Assembly: GCA_964546425.1 (NCBI GenBank)
Contig: CAZJJW010000002.1
Location: 1 to 53,455 of the forward strand
Direction: 5' to 3'
Length of the DNA: 53,455 nt
Origin: an uncultured Candidatus Saccharibacteria bacterium
Lineage (GTDB): Bacteria > Patescibacteriota > Minisyncoccia > Phycocordibacterales > JACOZG01
Under the pieces are notes generated by a model that did not search any database, was not told the DNA's origin, and worked only from the letters and a program-made list of their open reading frames with translations. This document shows, piece by piece, positions 27,799 to 33,539 of the stretch (positions are counted from its first letter, which is position 1; the number at the start of each line of letters is the position of its first letter). Both the position numbers and the translations under genes were made by a program.

Positions 27799-27986
27799 AT
27801 GCCACCCACGGGAACAAGGTACCTCTTTGCTCGAAACGAGCGGCCTATCAAGGCACGATCTTCAATGCCTTACGCTATGGTCACGACGAGAATAAGGTAA
27901 AAGAGTATTTACGAAAGAATGTGCGAGCTTTAGCGGATCGAGATGTATCAGTCACCATTCATGGGCTGGTCAACTTACAGCAATGA
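27799..27986 (+). pseudogene. Frameshifted, truncated remnant of a B paralogue (B')
   Basis: AAGGAG (27786-27791) plus ATG 27799 opens a frame that stops at 27900. The B-homologous residues AAYQGTIFNALRYGHDENKVKEYLRKNV lie in the neighbouring frame (track ORF 27729..27986, which has no ATG). About 180 codons of B are missing. Confidence 0.5.
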
Positions 27987-28016
27987 CCCCCAACTTTTCT
28001 GAAAGGAGAGAAAGCC

Positions 28017-28310
28017 ATGCTTTCTAAACCGGTCGAACAGCTCCTCCTGGAGGTAGCTGCCCATTACGGGGACAGAACAGAGCAAGTGGCCAAAAAGGAC
28101 CCGGAGGCGTATTTGGTATCAATCCTTATGCGAATCAAGGAGGATCTGCCAGTCGTGTCGTCAACCTTGATGGATACGATTGAGATGGCAGACTATGACG
28201 GCCATCTCAACGAGGCGAAGCAATTGCTCAGCCCCTCCGCCAAAAGCCCGCCACAGAAGAGGCCGAGAAGTGTTTCCAAAGTGAGACCTAAAAGCCTATC
28301 GCGACGATGA
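28017..28310 (+). CDS. Uncharacterised small protein A2 (97 aa), paralogue of 22341..22667
   Basis: Identical RBS GAAAGGAGAG (28001-28010). Conserved body DPEAYLVSILMRIKEDLPVVSSTL, with a different Pro/Lys/Arg/Ser-rich tail. Confidence 0.7.
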   Translation: MLSKPVEQLLLEVAAHYGDRTEQVAKKDPEAYLVSILMRIKEDLPVVSSTLMDTIEMADYDGHLNEAKQLLSPSAKSPPQKRPRSVSKVRPKSLSRR

Positions 28311-28329
28311 TGTGCTCCACCTGTTCTTT

Positions 28330-28360
28330 GGAGCCCTTTCTTCTGGAGGGGCTCTTTTTT
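28330..28360 (+). terminator. Rho-independent terminator after A2
   Basis: Stem ggagccc/ggggctc (with a G-G mismatch at the first position) followed by T6 (28355-28360). Confidence 0.75.
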
Positions 28361-28378
28361 ATTATTCCAGCGGGATAG

Positions 28379-28411
28379 AAAAAGCCGGTGGGTCAAGCTT
28401 GACCCACCGGC
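28379..28411 (-). terminator. Rho-independent terminator after the C' stub (face-to-face with the A2 terminator)
   Basis: Perfect palindrome gccggtgggtc-aagctt-gacccaccggc (28384-28411), followed on the minus strand by T5. Confidence 0.7.
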
Positions 28412-28435
28412 TACTACTGAAAACGGAAATCGCCC

Positions 28436-28567
28436 TCACTTGACTCGGCGAACACGGCGCAGTTTCTTGGCCGCTACCACCTCGCCCCCTTGATCCGAGA
28501 AGAGTTTGAGAATGGGCAGGCCCATCCGGGCCGCCATAATGTCTCGGAACACACCTAAGATTCTCAT
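28436..28567 (-). pseudogene. 43-codon stub homologous to the N-terminus of protein C (C')
   Basis: MRILGVFRDIMAARMGLPILKLFSDQGGEV... versus C MERIKVLGVFRDIMAAKIGLPVLKFLAEQGHEV. Shared 5' UTR GAAAGGCGGTG. A 21-nt identical core ggccgccataatgtctcggaa occurs at 27604-27624 and 28529-28549. Too short for the ORF track. Confidence 0.6.
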
Positions 28568-28660
28568 CCGTACACCGCCTTTCTGGCCTTGGGCCTATTT
28601 GTCAAGTAGGGGTGTAAGAAATGGACAGTCGGGAGGTTATATATTAATATAGCTGTCATC

Positions 28661-29539
28661 GTGAAAAAGTCGCGGACCAAAGTGGATTTCAATCGGCTGA
28701 CCCAGCCGTATTTAATTGCCGAGATCGGCATTAATCACAATGGCGATTTGCAGATTGCTAAAAAGTTGATCTCGGCGGCCTTCGCCTGTTCCTGGGATTG
28801 TGTCAAGTTCCAGAAACGCAATCCCGATAAGGCGGTGCCGGAACATCAGAAAAATGTGCCGCGCGAGACACCCTGGGGCAAGATGACTTATCTTAAATAT
28901 AAACACCGGATCGAGTTTGACAAAAAGCATTATGATGAGATCCAAAAGTATTGCCGGATGAAGCCGATCGACTGGGCCGTTTCCGTCTGGGATTTAGATA
29001 GCCTCGACTTTATGGTTAAAAGTTATCGCGACGACTTGCCATTTTTGAAAATTCCCTCGGCCTTGCTGACTAATGATGAGCTTCTTGTCAAAACCGCTAA
29101 AACTGGTATCCCGGTAATTGTTTCTACTGGTATGAGTACGCTCAAAGAAATTGACCACGCCGTCGAGTTGCTAAAGAAGTATGCTTCCCAATTTGTGGTC
29201 ATGCATTGCAATTCTTCTTATCCGGCTAATCTGTTAGAGCTTAACCTGCGGATGATTCCGATGCTAAAGAAGCGCTATAATTGCATTGTCGGTTACAGCG
29301 GCCACGAATTTGGTTTGGATTCAACAACGGTAGCGGTGGCGCTCGGCGCGCAAGTGGTTGAACGTCATATTACGCTTGACCACACGATGTGGGGCACCGA
29401 CCAATCTGCAAGTGTTGAGCCGCAGGGGATGGACAAGCTCTACAAGCAGATCAGAACCGTCGCCGGAATGCTCGGTGACGGCAAGAAACGAGTTTACGAC
29501 AGCGAGTTGGCGGTCCGCAAAAAGTTAAGGGGGTATTAA
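28661..29539 (+). CDS. NeuB/SpsE-family ulosonic acid synthase (PEP-condensing), short form without SAF domain
   Basis: PYLIAEIGINHNGDLQIAKKLI, KFQ, VSTGMSTLKEID, HCNSSYP, GYSGHE, ERHITLD. Ends at 292 aa, right after the TIM barrel. GTG start. Confidence 0.85.
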   Translation: MKKSRTKVDFNRLTQPYLIAEIGINHNGDLQIAKKLISAAFACSWDCVKFQKRNPDKAVPEHQKNVPRETPWGKMTYLKYKHRIEFDKKHYDEIQKYCRMKPIDWAVSVWDLDSLDFMVKSYRDDLPFLKIPSALLTNDELLVKTAKTGIPVIVSTGMSTLKEIDHAVELLKKYASQFVVMHCNSSYPANLLELNLRMIPMLKKRYNCIVGYSGHEFGLDSTTVAVALGAQVVERHITLDHTMWGTDQSASVEPQGMDKLYKQIRTVAGMLGDGKKRVYDSELAVRKKLRGY

Positions 29540-29540
29540 T

Positions 29541-30722
29541 ATGCGCCTTTCCCCAGACGATCCGACTTCAGATAAGCTCGTTGATTGTCCGACCCCGTAT
29601 TACCATTTGCTTGAGCATCAGCCGGTCGACACAAAGCCCAGAATGGCGATTTTTTTAGGTAATGACTTCAAGAACATGTCTAAAACTCTCGACCGCGAGG
29701 CTTATATTGAGCAGACAAATCAGTGTTTGGATTACATGAGACGAGAATGCCGAGGTTGCAGTTTATACTACAAACCTCACCCCAATGAGACCGACGAGTA
29801 TTCTTTTTTTGACCTTGATGGGTTTCAGGTGATTGGTAAGGAGGATAACGAGATTGCCGAAATATTTTTTTGGAAAAATCTCTCCTCTATAAAATACGTT
29901 TTTTCGATCGCTTCCACGGCAGTTTGGTCGGCTTACAATTTGGGACTGAATGCCTATACCTTCATCCGACCGGTTGAGGCGGTAATCGGCAAAGATATCG
30001 CTAGCGCCGGTGACTATTTTGATGAATTGCCAAGTTCGTTCTTTATCACTAATTTTGATCAGCCGCTTCGGGAGAACCGAAAAATCCTAGTCCCAGACCA
30101 CTTGGCCGAAGGCCGTTTTCTTAGAGACTTGGAATCAGGAAATGACGTTTGGTTTTTGGTCGGCGATCCTGGTATGTTGGTGATCTACATTTCTTTCGTT
30201 AATCTAATCAAGAAAAATTTTCCCCATAAAAAAATCAACCTAATTCTTCCCCGGCACCATCGCTGGGGACGAGTTAAAGAGAAACATTATCGAAGTTACT
30301 TTAATCAAATAGTTAGTTTTCCTCGTAGCTTGTATTCCTTAAAGCCCAGTCGATTCATCGAAATTATTAAGACAATTTTGGCGATAAAGAGATTTAAGCT
30401 GCCCCCTCAAGACGTTTTACTCCTGTTTGCCAACAGTAATTTAGTTGAGAATTGTTTCGTGTCATACTTCCCGAATAAAAAAATCGCAGTTCAATTCAAA
30501 GATTACTTCGAGATAAACTATGGACTAAAGGAATCAGAGATTCTCCGGGGAGAAAAATTGAAGGCCAGATTCACCAGTATAATGTTCAATCTTATAATTG
30601 AACCAATTTTGGGTTTATACCGAAGTATATATCTAGAATATGGTGACGGCCGGGTGATTAATATCGTGCGATTTTTAAAACCGGCCACCAAAATTTATGA
30701 CCGGATTTATTTGTTGTGTTGA
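29541..30722 (+). CDS. Uncharacterised protein P1 with YKPHP motif, paralogue of 34912..36093; possible CMP/CDP-sugar-dependent transferase
   Basis: Shares many blocks with P2: IF.GNDF, TN.CLDY.RR.C.GC.L.Y.PHP.E, IKY.FS..ST, INLI..RHHRW, YSLKP, ENCF.SY, EP.LGL. SD AAGGGGG lies 7 nt upstream. The function is inference only. Confidence 0.55.
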   Translation: MRLSPDDPTSDKLVDCPTPYYHLLEHQPVDTKPRMAIFLGNDFKNMSKTLDREAYIEQTNQCLDYMRRECRGCSLYYKPHPNETDEYSFFDLDGFQVIGKEDNEIAEIFFWKNLSSIKYVFSIASTAVWSAYNLGLNAYTFIRPVEAVIGKDIASAGDYFDELPSSFFITNFDQPLRENRKILVPDHLAEGRFLRDLESGNDVWFLVGDPGMLVIYISFVNLIKKNFPHKKINLILPRHHRWGRVKEKHYRSYFNQIVSFPRSLYSLKPSRFIEIIKTILAIKRFKLPPQDVLLLFANSNLVENCFVSYFPNKKIAVQFKDYFEINYGLKESEILRGEKLKARFTSIMFNLIIEPILGLYRSIYLEYGDGRVINIVRFLKPATKIYDRIYLLC

Positions 30723-30746
30723 CGAATACCGAGATATTACTATACT
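30719..30746 (+). promoter_or_regulatory. Sigma70-like promoter upstream of the transketolase gene
   Basis: TTGACG (30719-30724, overlapping the P1 stop), 16-nt spacer, TATACT (30741-30746). The ATG is 14 nt after the -10 box. Confidence 0.5.
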
Positions 30747-30760
30747 TTAAAGTTACATAG

Positions 30761-32665
30761 ATGATCAGTGACTCCCTTACCTATATTCCCCGCGCTGAAG
30801 TTGACCGCCTGCGGAAAAAAATTAAGGACCCAATCCTCCGAGCCTCAATCTTGGCAAATGTCTTTCGCTTAAATGCCTTATCGATGATAATGGAATCGGG
30901 ATCGGGCCACGTGGGATCATCTTTTAGCGCGATGGATATTGTTACTTGGTTGTGGCTGGAAGAAATGCAAAACCCCAATGACAATAAGAAGCGAAATGCT
31001 GATATTTATTTTTCGTCAAAAGGTCATGATGCCCCCGGCTTGTATGCTGTGATGATCGGATTGGGAAAGCTTAAAGAAGCTCTCCGACATCGCCTGCGAA
31101 GGATTGATGGTTTGCCCGGTCATCCTGACGTTCGGACCCCATTTGTGATCACCAATACTGGCGCCCTGGGTATGGGTTTGGCCAAAGCGCGGGGTATGGC
31201 TGGCGCTCGGAGACTGGCTGGAAAAAGTGGACGAATTTTTGTGTTGCTTGGCGACGGGGAACTGCAGGAAGGCCAAAACTGGGAGTCTCTCCAGCCAATT
31301 GCCAACGGAGGATTCTCGGAAATTACGGCGATAATTGATTTCAACAAGATTCAATCGGACACCTATGTCAAAGACACGAGTGACCTTGGAAATTTAGAGG
31401 CAAAATTTAGAGCCTTTGGTTGGGAGGTGTTTAGAATCGACGGCCACAATATGAGAGAAATAAAAGCTGTCCTTCAAAAAACAAAACGCGGTATCGGGAA
31501 ACCAAAAGTGATTATTGCCGACACCATAAAAGGAAAAGAGGTGTCATTTATGGAAAAAGTTGCTTCCGACGGATTCTATAAGTTTCATTCGGGGGCGCCG
31601 TTGCCGGAGCTCTATAAAAAGGCCGCCGAGGAAATTATAAATAGCGTAGAATCAGCCTTGCGTCCATTAGGGCTTGAGGTCGCGATTGAGCAAAAAGTTC
31701 CGATTCCTAAGCGAGCAACCTCGCCTCGGGCGGAGAGACTGATCGTTGCCCATGGGGATGAACTGGTAAAACTGGCCCAAAAGCATCCTAAAATTGTAGC
31801 GTTTGATGCAGACTTGGTGCTGGATACGGGACTAGTGCCCTACTCGAAAACCATTCCCCAGCGGTATGTCCAAGCCGGAATTGCCGAGCAGTACATGACC
31901 TCCATGGCTGGCGGTTACGCCTTGAAAGGGATGTTGCCCGTTGTTCACTCGTTTGAATGTTTTCTTTCCACTCATGCCAATGCTCAAATCTATAACAATG
32001 CGACCGAGCGGACTAAGATTATTTATGTTGGTTCGCTGGCCGGGCTTCTGCCCGCTTCCCCCGGCCACTCTCACCAGGCGCTCCGCGGCATTTCTCTGGT
32101 CGGCTCCATTCCGGGACTGACGATGATTCAGCCAGCCAATGAAGCAGAAGCCCGGCTGGCAATTCGCTTTGCGGTGCTCCAAAACAAAGGCAGTTCTTAT
32201 ATTCGTTTGGTCACTCTTCCCATTGAATTACCATATGTTCTGCCAAGGGGCTACGTCTTAAAAAGAGGGCAGGGTGTAAAAATCCGCTCGGGAAAAGAGG
32301 CCGCGATTGTTGCTTATGGCCCGACCTTGCTCAAAGAGACCTATCTGGCCGCTGAAATTTTAGAACAAGCGGGATTACGGGTGGCGGTTTTTAATATGCC
32401 ATGGCTTAATACCATTGATGAAGCGTGGTTTAAGAAAACTTTCGCTAAGTTTAAAAAGATTGTTACTCTTGACGACCACTTTGTCTCCCAGGGCCTTGGG
32501 GTCCAGATTGCGGCAATGATCACCCGAGGCAGATTGAAATCGAGAATCCTATGTCTGGGGATTAGAGAAATTCCCGCCTGCGGCACACCAGCCGAGGTGC
32601 TCGCCTACCATCAACTCGATGCGATGAGTCTTTCCAAACAAATCAGATCTTTTTTGCATGATTGA
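30761..32665 (+). CDS. Transketolase-family ThDP enzyme (N- and C-terminal halves fused)
   Basis: SGHVGSSFSAMDIV, ThDP motif GDGELQEGQNWES, pyrimidine-binding GIAEQYMTSMAGGYA. 634 aa. Confidence 0.85.
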   Translation: MISDSLTYIPRAEVDRLRKKIKDPILRASILANVFRLNALSMIMESGSGHVGSSFSAMDIVTWLWLEEMQNPNDNKKRNADIYFSSKGHDAPGLYAVMIGLGKLKEALRHRLRRIDGLPGHPDVRTPFVITNTGALGMGLAKARGMAGARRLAGKSGRIFVLLGDGELQEGQNWESLQPIANGGFSEITAIIDFNKIQSDTYVKDTSDLGNLEAKFRAFGWEVFRIDGHNMREIKAVLQKTKRGIGKPKVIIADTIKGKEVSFMEKVASDGFYKFHSGAPLPELYKKAAEEIINSVESALRPLGLEVAIEQKVPIPKRATSPRAERLIVAHGDELVKLAQKHPKIVAFDADLVLDTGLVPYSKTIPQRYVQAGIAEQYMTSMAGGYALKGMLPVVHSFECFLSTHANAQIYNNATERTKIIYVGSLAGLLPASPGHSHQALRGISLVGSIPGLTMIQPANEAEARLAIRFAVLQNKGSSYIRLVTLPIELPYVLPRGYVLKRGQGVKIRSGKEAAIVAYGPTLLKETYLAAEILEQAGLRVAVFNMPWLNTIDEAWFKKTFAKFKKIVTLDDHFVSQGLGVQIAAMITRGRLKSRILCLGIREIPACGTPAEVLAYHQLDAMSLSKQIRSFLHD

Positions 32666-32696
32666 TTTTGAAAAAGTCTCGTGATACTATCGCCGT

Positions 32697-33539
32697 ATGA
32701 AAAGAGTTGCCAGGAAAAATAACAGCAGATATCCTAAAACGGTGGCTTTCGTCCAGGTCCGAACTGGTAGCTCTCGTTTTCCCAGTAAGGTTTTGTACAA
32801 AATCGGCAAAAGAGAGATTTTTCTGATCCAATTAGACCGGATGAAACGGTCCCGACGGCTCGATCAAATTGTGGTGGTTACCACCGCTAAAAAGGAGGAT
32901 GACGTTATTGTCTCCTTGTGTCGAAAAAACAAAATCCCTTATTTCCGCGGCAGTGAGCATGATTTGCTCGATCGGTATTATAAAGCCGCCAATAAATTCA
33001 AAGCCGAATTGGTCGCAAAAATTCCTTCGGATGAACCGCTGATTGATGGAGAAGTGATCGATGAAGTAGTGGGAAAGATGCAAAACAATCTGGATAAATA
33101 TGATTTTGTCAGCAATATCCATCCACCGTCTTTTCCGGACGGACTGGATGTCGAAATCATGCCTTTTAAAATTCTTGAAATCGCTTGGAAAAAAGCCAAA
33201 AAACCGCACGAGCGTGAACACGCCACGCCCTATATTTGGGACAACCCTAAACGTTTCCGGATTGGTAGTGTCACAAATCGGTATGGAAGTATGTTTATGA
33301 CCCATCGCTGGACGATGGATTATCCTGAAGACTTCGAATTTTTCAAGGCCGTTTTTTCTCATTTTAAAGATAAAAAGGGTTTTTTGATGAAAGACGTTTT
33401 GGATTTGCTCCAGAAACACCCGGAAATTGGCGCTATCAATGCCAGACACGTTGGCATCAATTGGTTTCGGACGGTGCCGGGGGAATTGAAGACGGTTAGC
33501 CCGGAGTTTTACCGTCAAGATACGGAGTCTTCACCATAA
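32697..33539 (+). CDS. Cytidylyltransferase (SpsF/NeuA-like family), second copy
   Basis: FVQVRTGSSRFPSKVL signature. Family-level resemblance to 20279..21043. Confidence 0.75.
   Translation: MKRVARKNNSRYPKTVAFVQVRTGSSRFPSKVLYKIGKREIFLIQLDRMKRSRRLDQIVVVTTAKKEDDVIVSLCRKNKIPYFRGSEHDLLDRYYKAANKFKAELVAKIPSDEPLIDGEVIDEVVGKMQNNLDKYDFVSNIHPPSFPDGLDVEIMPFKILEIAWKKAKKPHEREHATPYIWDNPKRFRIGSVTNRYGSMFMTHRWTMDYPEDFEFFKAVFSHFKDKKGFLMKDVLDLLQKHPEIGAINARHVGINWFRTVPGELKTVSPEFYRQDTESSP

Noticed and set aside
22282-28567. Invertible DNA switch (shufflon or phase-variable inversion) between the inverted arms
   Set aside because: The arms are only about 70 % identical at the DNA level, with no long identical inverted repeats except one 21-mer that is in direct, not inverted, orientation. 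No invertase or recombinase gene is present.
22282-28660. Mobile genomic island or prophage remnant
   Set aside because: There is no integrase, transposase, tRNA target, direct-repeat att sites or phage genes. The spot GC of the segment resembles secA rather than foreign DNA.
32832-33518. 228-aa antisense ORF inside the second cytidylyltransferase gene
   Set aside because: The sense strand carries the clear cytidylyltransferase signature. The antisense product is low-complexity and is a typical shadow ORF. The same reasoning applies to the other antisense track ORFs (for example 451..885, 21126..21596, 23479..23976, 24003..24350, 44878..45234, 52673..53080).
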